Source of the DNA: Salpingoeca rosetta
Lineage: Eukaryota > Protista > Choanoflagellata
NCBI GenBank assembly: GCA_033442325.1
Contig: JAWQFM010000023.1
Coordinates: forward strand, 235,558-299,557
Direction: 5' to 3'
Length of the DNA: 64,000 nucleotides
The notes under the pieces are model-generated. The model worked only from the letters and a program-made list of their open reading frames with translations, made no database searches and was not told where the DNA came from. The position numbers were made by a program, and so were the translations under genes. Numbering within the stretch: the first letter of the stretch is position 1; every line of letters starts with the position of its first letter. Shown here piece by piece: positions 17,812-31,391 of this stretch.

Positions 17812-18362
17812 TTCACGTCTCCCCCCTGTGCGCATGCTGCATGTTGTCGCCCACCTCACCGCCCTCGTGCGTGCGTGTGTCGACCGACGTGTGCTGCTGA
17901 CAGATTGGTTTCGAGGACACCATGCGCGCCATCGTCCGTCTCATCCCTCGTACGCGTACACACACGCACATGTTTGTATACATATGCACAGCTGCTTGCA
18001 CGCAATGAATTGCCCACGTGCCCACTCATCTTTGCACACGTGCACTCACTCCCTCCCTCACTCTCTCTCACTAAAACACTCACACACACTCTCTCTCTCA
18101 CTGAAACACACACTTACATACACACACACTCTCACTGAAACACACACACTCTCTCTCTCTCTCTCACGTGATGAGCAGAGAAGCGGCAAACGGTCCTGTT
18201 CTCGGCGACACAGACGCGCAAGGTGGAGGATCTTGCCCGCATTTCGCTGCGGGGCGAGCCGCTGTACATTGGCGTCGACGACAAGGCCGACATTGCCACT
18301 GCAGACGGCATTGAGCAGGGATACGTTGTACGTACCCCATACAGCCACCCATCCAACCATCT

Positions 18363-18435
<73 letters not shown>

Positions 18436-18807
18436 GGTCGTCACAGCGACTGGTGGTGCTGCTGGTGCTGTATCCGAGTCTATGGTGGTTCGAGTACTCC
18501 AGTGCGGTACCTTACCTGACCCTCCGTAACACCATCATGTACGTGCGTGTGTGTCACAGATTTGCCCGTCGGACCAGCGGTTCCGGCTGCTGTACACATT
18601 CCTCAAGAAGAACCTGAAACGGAAGCTGATGGTGTTCTTCTCCTCGTGCGATTCCGTCGAGTTTCACCTGCAGTTCTTCAACTACGTCTCCCTCCCCGTC
18701 CTCGGCATCCATGTACGCCTTCCTTCCTCCCGTTCTCTCTTGTTGCGCCTCTGTCTGTCAGTGTGGGTGTGGGTGTGGGGGTGGTTGTGTCTGTCAGTGT
18801 GTGTGTG

Positions 18808-18838
<31 letters not shown>

Positions 18839-19040
18839 GTGCCTGTGTGCCTGTGTGCCTGTCAGTGATATGTGCCGTTCCCTACCTGACACCAACAAAC
18901 AAATTCATGCACGTACACCACATCCATTCCCTTTGTATCGGTGCGCCAACAGGGCCGCCAGAAGCAAGCCAAGCGCTCCCGCACATTCTTTGAGTTTTGC
19001 AACGCAGAGCAAGGCATCCTCCTCTGCACAGACGGTACGC

Positions 19041-19138
<98 letters not shown>

Positions 19139-19886
19139 GTGTGTGTGTGTGTGTCTGGTCTCGTCGTGGATTCATCGTGCATACATTGTGCTGTGTGTTC
19201 CCGAATACTCACATCGTTGCTGTGCGCCCTTCCTGTGCGTGTGCAGTTGCCGCTCGTGGTCTCGACATTCCCGAGGTCGATTGGATCATCCAGTACGACG
19301 CCCCAGACGATCCGAAGGTCAGTGCAGAGAGAGAGAGACACACACACACACATATGTACACACGCACGCACACGCACGCACGCACACATATGTACACGCA
19401 CACACAGCACGCACACACACGCACACACAAAACACCGCCTTGCCTTACTCCTTCTCGGCCACTGCTGACCACCCTCATCTCGTTGTCTGTGTGTGTGTGT
19501 GTGTGTATGTGTGTGTATGTGTGTGTGTGTGTGTGTATGTGTGTGTGCAGGAGTACATCCATCGCGTTGGACGAACGGCCCGCGGGGCCGGGCGGAAAGG
19601 CCGCGCGCTCCTCTTCCTCCTCCCGACGGAGGTCGAGTTTCTCAAGTACCTCATGGAGAACAAGGTAATGTCTTCATGGCTATCTTCATCGCTGCTACCG
19701 GCCGTCGTTGTCGTCGTGGTCGTCGTTGTTGTGTGCACATGACACCAGCTCATGTGTTGCTGTTGTGCCACCGCCACTTGTCTTGTTCAGGTTCCTCTCA
19801 ACGAATACGAGTTTCCCAAGGACAAAATCGCAAACGTGCAGTCAAAGGTGTGTGTTTGTGTGCGTGTATGTTTGTTTGTGGTTTGC

Positions 19887-19921
<35 letters not shown>

Positions 19922-20019
19922 TTGTTTATGCATGCGTGTGTGCATTTGTCCACTTGCGGTTGTGCCTTGCCCCAGTCATGCCTTGCCTTGGTATCTGCTG
20001 CTGATTCCGTCACATCACC

Positions 20020-20050
<31 letters not shown>

Positions 20051-20886
20051 CTCTCAGTACTACCAAATTATGGAGAAGAGCTACTTCTTCCGCAAGCTTG
20101 CCATCAGCGGTTTCCGCTCGTATGTGCACGCGTATGCAGCACACTCCCTCAAGGCCGTACGTTGCATGCACACACTGACGCTCACACAGCATGTATTTGC
20201 ACACCCACGCACATGTGTGCACTCACACGTTCCACACTCTACATCACACACAACAAATCAACATGCCGGGCTGTTTGTCGTCCTGTGCTTCCCAACTGCT
20301 CGCGACACTCTGCTCACAACCCCACCATACTCATTCACCACATCCCACCCACCACCACGCTACCGCCAGGTGTTCAACGTGAACGAGCTGGACCTGAACG
20401 CCGTTGCCCAGAGCTTTGGGCTGCGGGAGGCGCCCAATGTGCAGCTGAAGATTGCAAGCAGCAAGAAGCTCACACGCAATGCGCCGCCAAAGACCGCAGG
20501 TGCGAGGTGTGGGCGGTGGTGGTGAGGCCATGGATGCTTATCTGCTGCTGTGCGTGTGATGACGTGAGCTTGCTTTCGCTGGCGCCGGCGCTGACTTACG
20601 TCACTGCATCTTACATGCACACACACACACACTAACAAACACACACACACACATACACACAAACACACACAAACACACACATACACATACACACAAACAC
20701 ACACACACACACATACACATACACACAAACACACACACACACACTCTCTCTCTCTCTCTCTCAAACACTCAAACACGCACACGCACACGCACTCTCTTTC
20801 ACACTTTCACACACACAAACCACATTGAAACAGCTCAACGGCGGGCGAAGATGTACAAGAAGAAGAACTTCAAGCGGCATCATTAA
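16166..20886 (+). CDS. DDX18: DEAD-box RNA helicase DDX18/HAS1 (multi-exon)
   Basis: Lys-rich N-terminus, followed across GT-AG-joined exons by [44 protein letters not shown] (~17693), [33 protein letters not shown] and the DDX18-type C-terminal [26 protein letters not shown]. Confidence 0.93.
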
Positions 20887-21463
20887 TCGTATCTCTGGTG
20901 TGCTCGCTATGGTGAATGTGTTGCTGTGTGTGCTGTGGGTGTGAATTCCCCCCCCCCCCCCTCTTCCTCCCCTCCTCGTTCTGTTTCTTGTGGCTTGTTG
21001 CTGTGTGGTTGTGCCAAATCAATAACTACCCGCACATATACTGTTGGGTTCATCTGGGCAAGATAGACAAAGGGAGAACACTTTGCACACGCGCCATTTC
21101 CACATACACATGCTGGTGTTACCTTGCCCTAGCTGTGGATTGTATTGAGACAAAGGACCACGTCATCGCCCTCGCTCACTTACTCACGCACGCACTTACT
21201 CACTCATTTACTCACGCACACATGAAGGACTCCGCATCATCATCCGCACAACGCACAACTTGTTGGGTTGTTTACTCGTGTGAAACGACTCACAGATCTG
21301 TAGAAACTACTAAACTTCAGAGGGGCAGCGCAACACTTTGGGAGTCGCACACATACACAAACACACGCATACACGAACATACAAACACACATACAAACAC
21401 AAACAAACAAACACAAAAACACACATACATACACACATACACGGAATGAAGCGAAGCACGATC

Positions 21464-22366
21464 CTACTTGCCTCGCGCGCTCAGGAACTTGTCAATGCCG
21501 GTGCGTTTGGATGCCGGGGTGGAATACCCCAGAAAGTGCACGACATACGGCTTCTTGCACTTTTGCGGCAACGCGCGGCAGTCCGGGGCGTACTGGAAGA
21601 GCCGCAGCGGGAGCTCCACAATGTCGGGGAACTTGGTGTTTGTCTGGACGATAGCCTCGTTCAGGGCTCGCTGGTCGTACGGAGGCGACTTGTACCGCCA
21701 AATCTCTTTGCTGAGCGACTTCCATTTGCGCATCACCTCCTGTGTCTGTGGAGTTGGCTTGGCGTAGATGAACCCGGAGTTGAAGTTTGGCTCATCAATG
21801 TCGTTACCATAGGGCATGCCGATCGACACCACGTGTGACTCCAAGTACTTGAGCGGGTTGTGGAGGAAGATCACATCAATATCGCTGTAGAGGGCCGTCT
21901 GGTTGCGAGCAATCACGTGCCAGACGTACCGCGCCTTGTTTTCCACAGCTTCCTTCCACGCCTTGTTGCCGTACGCGGACTTCTTCCCCGCCGTGCCCGA
22001 TGCCGTCGTGCCCTTGTCCTCGTTGTAGCCGATGCGCACGCGACCGGGCGCCAGCTCCTCCGCGGCTGCAAGCGTCTCCTTGTCCTGCGCCACAATGACA
22101 AAGTCCTCGATCCCCACCGCCTTGATGCGGCGCACCCACGGCTGCAAGAGCCCAATGTAGTCCTTGGACGCCATCGTCACCACAACCGTGGATGCAGACG
22201 ACACGTCCTCCGAGGGCGGCAGTGCCACGGCGTCGAGCGGCGTCTCTTCTGCCACACAGGCCCTCGGTACAGTGCCCAGGAGTAGCAGCAGTACAGCGCA
22301 TTGCATTGTGATGGACGGTCTTCGCCGTGCTGTGGTCGCTGGCCGAACAGAGTGGTGCTCACGCAT
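21464..22366 (-). CDS. Nucleotide-diphospho-sugar transferase (GT77-like glycosyltransferase), intronless
   Basis: N-terminal hydrophobic signal or anchor ([11 protein letters not shown]), then [13 protein letters not shown] (DxD motif), NFNSGF and DQRALN. The start may be 22366 or 22306. Confidence 0.8.
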   Translation of the reverse strand: MREHHSVRPATTARRRPSITMQCAVLLLLLGTVPRACVAEETPLDAVALPPSEDVSSASTVVVTMASKDYIGLLQPWVRRIKAVGIEDFVIVAQDKETLAAAEELAPGRVRIGYNEDKGTTASGTAGKKSAYGNKAWKEAVENKARYVWHVIARNQTALYSDIDVIFLHNPLKYLESHVVSIGMPYGNDIDEPNFNSGFIYAKPTPQTQEVMRKWKSLSKEIWRYKSPPYDQRALNEAIVQTNTKFPDIVELPLRLFQYAPDCRALPQKCKKPYVVHFLGYSTPASKRTGIDKFLSARGK

Positions 22367-22754
22367 CGCTGCAGATGTTCGTGTGTGCGTTTGAGTGTGC
22401 CTTTGAGTGTGTGCGTATGTCTGTGTGTGCGTATGTCTGTGTGTGTGTCTGTGCGTGTGTGCGTATGTGTGTGTGTTTGTGTGTGCGTCTGTGCGTATGT
22501 GCGTCTGTGCGTATGTGTGCGTCTGTGCGTATGTGCGTCTGTGCGTCTGTGTCTGTGTCTGTGCGTATGTGTGCGTCTGTGCGTCGTCTTTGTGGTTCTG
22601 TCTTTGTAGGTTTCGATCGCGATAAGCTCCTGCTGCTTGGCTGGAGGGGCAAAATGCATCACCAGCCGGCAAAGGCCAATGTCCTATTTATATGACACAT
22701 TTCCAGTTTGCATCGATATCACCCACACGCTTCCCTCAACACCAAGCAACAACC

Positions 22755-23625
22755 ATGCTCGGTGTGTGCTTGTGTGTGCTTGTGTGCATGTGCTTGTGTG
22801 TGCTTGTCTGTGTGTGCTTGTCTGTGTGTGTCTCCGTATGCTTTCTTCTACGTCTCTGCATCTGTATCACTGTGTGTGTCTGTGTCTGTCTCCGTATGCC
22901 TTTGCTTCTGCGCCTATCTACATCACTGCGCCCTTGTGTCATTGTGTGTGCGCGTTTGTTCCATCGCCCCTCTTGCCCCTGCTTCCGTGTCCTTATTGCC
23001 CCAGCCCCTCGCTCCTGCTTGAAGAACTCACGCTTCCTCCACCCACATGCCGTGTTGCTTGTGCGTAGCTCAACTTAAGTACGCTGTCGGACAAAGCAAG
23101 CGCTGGTGAGCTCCTTCGCGCGCAGCACGTGCTTTTGCTTCCCAATGCCTTAATGCCACACACACACACACACGCGCATACACACACGCGCGCACACTCA
23201 CACATGCCCACACGCATGCTTCTACTCCTGCTTTTTTTTTTTTTTGTTTTGCCCGTTCTCCCTTGGCTGTGTGTTCGCGCTCACCCCCACTGTCTTGGCC
23301 ACTGTGTTGCACCTCATGACTTGCGCCCAGGGCCCCTTCCCTTGCTGCTTACGGTGCCGTCACCTCCATGGCGATTGTGTACATGACGGACAAGTGGATT
23401 GGCCGCCCCGTCCTCGCGTAAGTGCTCCTGTGTCTGTGTCTGTGTGTGTGTCTGTGTCTGTGCCTGTCTGTCTGTGTGTCTGTCTGTCCGTGTGCGTGTC
23501 TGTGAGTGAATGGGTGTGCTTGTACGTGCTTGTGCGTGTGTGCGCACGCGCTTTCATCTCTCTGTGCTTGCAGTTGTGCTGATGTTCACTTGTCGTGCTG
23601 TAGCACTTTGCCTGTATTCCTTTAA
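22755..23625 (+). CDS. Cytochrome bc1 complex small subunit QCR10/UQCR11-like, 50 aa, 4 exons (22755-22761, 23069-23105, 23331-23417, 23604-23625)
   Basis: Phase-consistent splicing gives MLAQLKYAVGQSKRWAPSLAAYGAVTSMAIVYMTDKWIGRPVLATLPVFL*, which fits the W-x-P-x-x-x-x-(W/Y)-G-A-V...TD-W..L..P pattern of QCR10/UQCR11. Not in the ORF track. Confidence 0.72.
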
Positions 23626-24190
23626 CATCCTTTCGACCTTGGATGATGTCCTCACCGAGTCACATGCACATATGCACGCACATACACATATGCACACGCA
23701 CACACACACACACACGCATATACAGTCGTGTGCCTTGGATCGGCGACCGGTACCAGCTGCCCAAGGAAGAGAACTGAAGGCTCCTTCTTGTGTGAAGTTG
23801 TTGTTGCCATGTATCTGTGTTTGAGTTGGTTGCATTGACTTCTGTGCGTGTCGCGCTCAGTTCGTGCTGGTTGTTGTTGTTGCTGTTGTTGTGGCTGTCA
23901 TCGCCCCTCTGCCGCTGGCGTTGCACTCTTGCAGCGACTATCCACCAACCCCTGATCCCCTTCCCTTCGCTTCCCTGTCCCACTGGCCCCTCCTTCAACA
24001 TCGCAGATGCGCAATGGGTTGTGATGGGTTGTGATTTGTGGTCTATTGGGCAACAAATGGCAGTATAAGCATCCACGCACACGTACTGTGCACACATATC
24101 GCAACTGGCTGCAGACAGCGTGATGCTTGTTGTCGTTAAGACAGACAGACAGACAGACAGAGGGAGACAGACAGAAGGACACCGCGTTCG

Positions 24191-24337
<147 letters not shown>

Positions 24338-24348
24338 CATGCACAATA

Positions 24349-25014
24349 TCAGTTGCTCTTCTTGTTGGAGGACGGTGAAGCCTCAATGGACGGGGTGGGT
24401 TGGTTGAGATGATGGCGGTGATGAGAGGTGGCGCCGTCGCCTGGCTGCTGCGTCTTGTTCTGTTGCCCGTCGTCGGCACCGACCAGTTCCGCCATGAAGA
24501 ACCAATCACCCATGTCTGGACCGGCCTTGCCCATGCCTCGAGTCGCCTGCTGCACCTCCTGCCGCAGCTTAGCCGCATCCACAGACTCGCGCACAAACTC
24601 AAACACAAAGCCAGGGTCAAACGTGCGGTACAGCTTGCGCTCTTTGCCCTCCTGGCCCTCGGCCGCCATCTCCTTCGTGTCGAGCTGCAGCCGGTACACG
24701 AGGATCTCCCGCATGGCGCTGGCCAGCTCCTTGAACAGCTCAGCGTCCCCGCCGCCGCGCACATCCGGGTGGTGCACCCGAGCCAGGTCGAGGTAGGTAG
24801 ACTTGATCACGTCCAGGTGGTCTTCGCTTGACACGCCAAGGATGCTGTATGGGTCCTGCTTGCCAGAAGATGACAGGCTCCTTCGCCCTCCAACCGCGAG
24901 ACCTCCTCGCAGGTAGTGGTGCCTTTGGCGAACACGCAGTGCCGTCGTTGGCGTTGCGGCCGTGAGCTGTGCTCGAACCGGCCGCAGCAGCAGCCTCAAC
25001 CTCAGTGCCATCAT
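24349..25014 (-). CDS. J-domain (DnaJ/Hsp40 class C) protein with probable mitochondrial presequence
   Basis: Arg/Leu-rich N-terminus with no acidic residues (MMALRLRLLLRPVRAQ...RRSLSS), then DPYSILGV...YLDLARVHHPDVRGGGDAELFKEL (HPD motif). Confidence 0.82.
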   Translation of the reverse strand: MMALRLRLLLRPVRAQLTAATPTTALRVRQRHHYLRGGLAVGGRRSLSSSGKQDPYSILGVSSEDHLDVIKSTYLDLARVHHPDVRGGGDAELFKELASAMREILVYRLQLDTKEMAAEGQEGKERKLYRTFDPGFVFEFVRESVDAAKLRQEVQQATRGMGKAGPDMGDWFFMAELVGADDGQQNKTQQPGDGATSHHRHHLNQPTPSIEASPSSNKKSN

Positions 25015-25792
25015 AATGCTTGTGGTGCGCTTGAGCTCAAAGAAATGATTGGGCATCATCACCCGCTCTCCTCTCACCCACATCAATCAATCGCGCCTGA
25101 TGTTGCAACCATGATCACAGTCAGCGTTTCTTGTGCAGCAGTGACATGATGTGATGTGTGATTCGTTCACCACGCCGTCTGTTTCTCCTGCACATCACCC
25201 ACGCCTTACTTTCTATGATGTGTGGCCACGCAACTGTCTACTAATGGCACTCATAGCCACACGTACAGACACACCCCAACCAGCACACACGAGGCACGCG
25301 ACCAAATAGTGACTGACAACAGCACGCACAACAACGAGACAGGACACAGTCAAACCACGCAACCAACCACCTTGAATAGCGTGGACAAGCAAAGGCAAGA
25401 CAGAGGGAGGGGGACGGGCGGTTGCAAACACACTCGCACAGGACAACCCCCGCTTACACATGTGCAACGAGGTCATGTAATTGACCATAGTCACACATAC
25501 ACAACAAGGAAAATGAAACAGCACAAACACAACACACACGGGAGACTGGCGACAACAACAAAAGGAGTCAACGAACAGCGAGCAAGACGTGCCAACACAG
25601 GCAAGCAGACAAGAGGATAAGGGGCATGCATGACACGCGCCAGACGCGGGAAGGACAACAACGCACACACAACCAATGCGACACTACTCAACCAAGACAA
25701 GGCTGAGGGGCGCCAGCTTGATCACGCGGCCGCTGCCTGGTCCACACGCACATAGCACGTCCATGGCACACGCAATGCAACCCTTGTCTTGT

Positions 25793-26535
25793 TTACTTGG
25801 CGAGGTAAGACTTGACAAACTCGTCGCAGACCTTGTTCAGCTTCTCCTCTGTTGCCTGGGTCAGCTCACCCTTCTGGGCAATGTCGGTGAGGATCTCCTT
25901 GTGGTTGTTCTGCACGTGAGGCAGGAATTTCTGTGTGCACACACAGCAGTCCAAAATGGCACAAGGGTGTAAGGGGGAGGGATGGATGGATGGTGAGCAC
26001 TGATACGCAACACGCCAAGCAACGCGCACCTACCACCAACAAAACACAAGCAGGACAACAAGACATGTATGCGGCACACATACAGCCACGACGCACATAA
26101 CAGCGCCGAAACGACAATGGCTAAACCCTCTCCATCCAACAGCACCTACACGCAATAAAGGCAGCGCCAGGGTAACGCACCTGCTCAAAGTCGGTGATCT
26201 TGGATGGGTCAATCTCGTCGAGGTAGCCGCGGACACCGCTGAAGAGGACGACAACCTGGTCCTCAAAGGACATGGGCACGTACTGGCCCTGCTTGAGGAG
26301 CTCGGTCAGGCGGATACCACGGTTGAGGAGGCGCTGTGTGGCGGCATCGAGGTCGGAACCAAACTGGGCAAAGGCGGCGACCTCACGGTACTGGGCAAGC
26401 TCGAGCTTCATCTTACCGGCGACCTGCTTCATGGCCTTGGTCTGGGCAGCGGAACCGACACGGGACACGGAGAGACCGACGTTGATGGCGGGGCGGATAC
26501 CCTTGTAGAAGAGCTCAGTCTCGAGGAAGATCTGG

Positions 26536-26573
<38 letters not shown>

Positions 26574-27232
26574 GGACACATCACCGGCCTGGGTCTCGAT
26601 GATGGGGAGGGCAGTGAGGGAACCGGCGCCGGCCTCGTTGCTCATCTTGGCGGCACGCTCAAGGAGGCGGGAGTGGAGGTAGAAGACATCACCGGGGTAG
26701 GCCTCGCGACCAGGGGGGCGGCGGAGCAGCAGAGACATCTGGCGGTAGGCAACGGCCTGCTTGGAAAGATCGTCAAAGATGAGCAGGGCGTGCTTCTTGT
26801 TGTCGCGGAAGTACTCGCCCATGGTGGCGCCAGTGTATGGGGCAAGGTACTGCAGGGGAGCGGCATCGGAGGCGGTGGCGGAGATGATGATGGAGTACTT
26901 GAGGGCATCGGCGCCGCGAAGGCGCTCAACAAGCTGGGCGACGGTGGAACGCTTCTGGCCAACGGCAACGTAGATGCAGTACAGCTTCTTCGACTCGTCG
27001 GTGCCGTCGTTGAAGCGCTTCTGGTTGATGATGGAGTCAATGGCGACGGCGGTCTTACCCGTCTGACGATCGCCAATGATCAACTCACGCTGACCACGGC
27101 CGACAGGCACGAGCGAGTCGACGGCCTTGATACCCGTCTGCATGGGCTCGCACACAGACTGGCGGGGGATGATACCGGGGGCCTTGATGCCGACACGGGA
27201 GCGCGCCATGTCGGAGGGAAGTGGGCCCTGCA

Positions 27233-27273
<41 letters not shown>

Positions 27274-28907
27274 GAACAAGAAAAAGAATATGGTGGATGG
27301 ATGGATGGATGGATGGATTGGTTGATGTGTCGTGAGTGGGCGACGTTGAGGGGGATTTGGGGGGGGGGTTGCGAGTGGAGGAGCAGCAGTCGTGACAGGC
27401 AAAACGGAGCGTGTACTATCAGGTGAGGAAGACAAGAACACATTCAACACACACAAACATCTACACAACGAAACAAGCACTCGTGTGCACCCAGCACAAA
27501 AAGAGAGAGAGAGAGACCAGTCAGCAATTTGATCAAGCACACAAAACGAAAAGAGACAGCGGCATCTCACCTGGCCATCGATGGGGTTGCCGAGAGCATC
27601 AACGACGCGGCCGAGAAGGGCCTCGCCAATGGGGACGTCGACAATGGCGCCGGTACGCTTCACGACGTCGCCCTCGCGGATGAGCTTGTCGTTACCGAAG
27701 ACGACAACACCAACGTTGTCGGGCTCAAGGTTAAGAGCCATACCCTGTTGAAAAGCACAAGCGAGTTGATAAAGAGTGAGAAAAAGGGAATGGTGCACCG
27801 CAGAGAGAGCGCGCGCGTGTGTGAATGTGGTGTGTGTGTGTGTGTGTGTGTTTGAGGAGGGAGCCGTGGCATGTGCTCGGGAGAAGTGCTGTGCTCACCT
27901 GGAGGCCAGAGCTGAACTCGACCATTTCTTCGGCCTGGACGTTCTTGAGACCGTAGACACGGGCGATACCATCACCGATGGAAAGCACACGACCGGTCTC
28001 CTCGAGCTCAGGCTGGCTGGACTCGTTGAGGATGCGCTCCTCCAGGATGCTGGACACCTCAGCAGTGGCTGTGACAAGTGTGTGCAATGTTCAGGTCATG
28101 CGCAGTACCCAAAATGAGTGGAGTGAACCAGCGAGCGGAGAGTTGCAACGAGAAACATTGACGGCAGCATGAATAGAGACACAACGAGGGAGAGACAGTG
28201 TGTGTATGTGTGTGGGTGTGTGTGTGTGGGTGTGTGTGCGCATGTGTGCCTTAATGTTGTGCCTTAATGTTGTTCAGTGTCACGCAGGAAAGACAGGCAC
28301 ATGTGCATCAGACGCAACAATGCAAGCATGAGAACAACCAACGGCACTCACAGGCGCTGGCGCGGACGGCGGCGGCGGTGTGGATGCCGCGGGCCGTGAC
28401 GGCAGAAGCCTGCACAAGCAACAAACACATCAAGGAAATAAGAAGCAGAAGCCAGTGAACCCACGCGCGAAGCCGACAGTCGAGGTGGTGGTTGGATGAA
28501 CCCAATGGTGCTGATAATTGTTCGGGCACTGCTGCTGCTGCTGCAACTGCTGTTAGTGGTTGCTTGGCCACTGCCAACCCCTCCATGCACTGTTGCGCCG
28601 CTCCCCTTCCCCCCTCCGCTTCGGTAGACAGCTCACGCAAGCCATCTTGGACGGCCACCACCGTCGTCACTCTTGTGCGGTGTTGCTGGGGTTGGTCGCA
28701 AGAGGTGGCCAGCAACGGCGTGCAACCAACCACCCGCCAGCGCGACTTTTTAGCCTGACGCTGCAGTTGGTACTGTTGCTGTTGCTGCTGCCGCCACAAC
28801 AAACGCACCACCCTGTCCTCCCCGCGTCACCCACGCCCTTCCCCCCAAAGACTGCCCGACCCGCACACGGTAACACTTGTACGTACCCTTGCAAGCCGGG
28901 AAAGCAT
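25793..28907 (-). CDS. ATP5F1A: Mitochondrial F1 ATP synthase alpha subunit (nuclear-encoded, multi-exon)
   Basis: Presequence MLSRLAR|[11 protein letters not shown], then [28 protein letters not shown], Walker [31 protein letters not shown] and [20 protein letters not shown]. Confidence 0.97.
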
Positions 28908-29285
28908 GGCTGGTGGTTGGTGGGTTGTATCGGTGGCGGTCGAGACAGCAGCACACACACAAGACACGCTGATGAAGGTGAGAGTGGATGGGAAGAAAGG
29001 CAGACGCACAGCCACAGACAACACTGAAATCGGGCAGGCAAGGGGAAACTCATCCGAAATCTTCTGCAAGTGCTCGACAGCCGATAATTTTTTCTGTGAT
29101 ATTCACCTTTATTTTAACAACACCCTGAATCTGGGATGGCCCAAAGTCAATTCTGCATACCCACAACGTCAAAATTGCCGAGCAGAAAACAGCGCCAAAC
29201 GACAGTCCGCTTGATGGGTGTGTTGATGTGAGATAGATTGGGAAGAAGGAGACAACACACACAAGAGGGGGGAGCGGGCAGAAGG

Positions 29286-30202
29286 ATGGAGGACCCACTG
29301 GGCAAGCTGATGCCGAGCGAGGTGGAGTTTATTGCAGAGGATGCGCCAATCACCATCACCCCAAACTTCCAAGCTGGCGTCTTCTTGTTCCTCAAGGTGT
29401 GTGTGAATGGGGGGGGAGGCTTGCGTTTGTTTGTGTGTGTGTGTGTGTGTGTGGTCATGTGTGTGTGTGTGTGGTCATGTGTGTGTGTGTGTGGTCATGT
29501 GTGTGTGTGTGGTCATGTGTGTGTGTGTGTGTGTGTGGTCATGTGTGTGTGTGTGTGTGTATTTGGCTACCGGCTGTCCTTTCCTGCATCGCCCTCCGCC
29601 CCTACCCCGGCCAGTCGTCGCTCGTGTTATGAACGAACAAACACGACAACCATGCCATGTAACGCTGTGCAGGAGCGGGTTGGCCCATTCAAGCCTCAAC
29701 GGCCCATGGAAGTGCCCATGTGGCTGGCCGTATCTCTCAGACGGCGTGACAAATGTGTCATCCATGTCCCAGAATGGCTTTCCGTCGGTCAGTGGCCGTG
29801 TGTGTATGTACGTGTGCGTGTGTGTCTGTTTTTGTTTGTGTGTGTCAGTGACTTGCGTTGCTTCTGTGTTGCTGATTGACAGATTGCACGGTTGTATGTG
29901 AGCGACGATGGTCTGCTCGTTGCGGTGTTGAGCACTTCCCGACTCCACTCATCGCAAGCGCAACCACACGCAACCACACACGCAAACCAAATGCAGATGC
30001 CCTCACCACCAAGCTAGAGGAGGAGAAAATGCAGCAGAAACAGTTTGTACACATGCCAGCCCACTTTCAAGAAATAAGCAGCATCCTCTTTGATGTGTAA
30101 GCTCTGTCTGTGCGCGCGCGCGTGTGTGTGTGTGCGTGTGTGCGTGTGTGTGTGTGTGTGCGCGCGCGCGTGTGTGTGTGTGCGTGTGTGCGTGTGTGTG
30201 TG

Positions 30203-30266
<64 letters not shown>

Positions 30267-30804
30267 CTGGCTTTCTCTTCTCTGCAATCTCTGACTTGGA
30301 GTTTGTCTTGTTGTGCCATCCCGCATCGAGTGTGCACCCTTGCTGCTGAACTTGCGTGTGTCCTTTGAACCTGATATGCATCCACATTCAACCCGCACAC
30401 TCTCGTACTTTCCCCAAACGCAAACACAACCACAAAACCACACACACACACTCTCTCTCTCTCTCACACACACACACAACCACGCACTCACACACACACA
30501 CGCACACATCCACACAACAACAACATCCTCACAACGCACATACACACGACCAACCAACCAACCACCCGTCGGACCAAACACTGGCGGCAGTGCGTCGCAA
30601 GACGTGCCCAACAGCGAGGAGTGTCGGCAGTTGATCCAGGCGATTGTGGATGTGCGCACGGCCAAGATACGGCAGGGCGGGCTGGACGACATGAAGGATT
30701 CCCTGGCCATTCAGCTCAACAACGTCACGCAGATGGAGATCACCTCCATCCGGCAATTTGCATGCCACGCCATGGACGCCTTTAACAGACTCAGCAGCGT
30801 TTAG
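29286..30804 (+). CDS. GINS2: DNA replication complex GINS subunit PSF2 (4 exons)
   Basis: [59 protein letters not shown] and [13 protein letters not shown], all in GT-AG-joined exons. Confidence 0.93.
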
Positions 30805-31391
30805 TATAGTGTGTGTCTCGCGCATGATTTTTTTCTTTGTGTGTGTGTGTGATCAAGTGCTGACTTGTGCGCTGACATGTTGCGATGCCAGCTAACTTGT
30901 GTCTGTTACTTCCACTAATGTTAGTCGCCCTGCCTTCCTCCTGTATCTCTCTAATAAACAAACAACACACAACAGACCAAGCGCGGAGCACACACGCTCT
31001 CTCACTCTCTCTCTCTCTCGATCACTCCCTCACTGCCTCGCATGCACACACACTGCTTGTTTGCGATTCACGAGTATTTTCCATAAATTTTCGACAGCGG
31101 TTACGCTGGTGCACACCCACCACCCGTAACCACAGCCCAGCAAGCACAAACACTCACACACACACATGCACACATGCACGACAACATGAACACCCGTCCC
31201 CTTCAACTCACCCACGAAAGCGGTGATGACCTGGACCACGGCTGATGCATTTATCTCAAAAGCTTTGCCTTGGTTGAAGGAAGCGCTTATCCACGCACGC
31301 ACACACACACACACGCCCACACACGCGCCCACAACCAGCTGCGCCAAGTTTCATTTCGGTTCGTGTGCAGGACACCTCGGTCTAACAAGTC

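Noticed and set aside
20555-20600. TGATGA...CTGA in a DDX18 intron as a C/D snoRNA
   Set aside because: Too short (~40 nt), with no terminal stem or identifiable guide sequence.
25793-28907. Nuclear location of ATP synthase alpha as a novelty or NUMT
   Set aside because: It has introns and a presequence, and nuclear encoding is the norm in opisthokonts.
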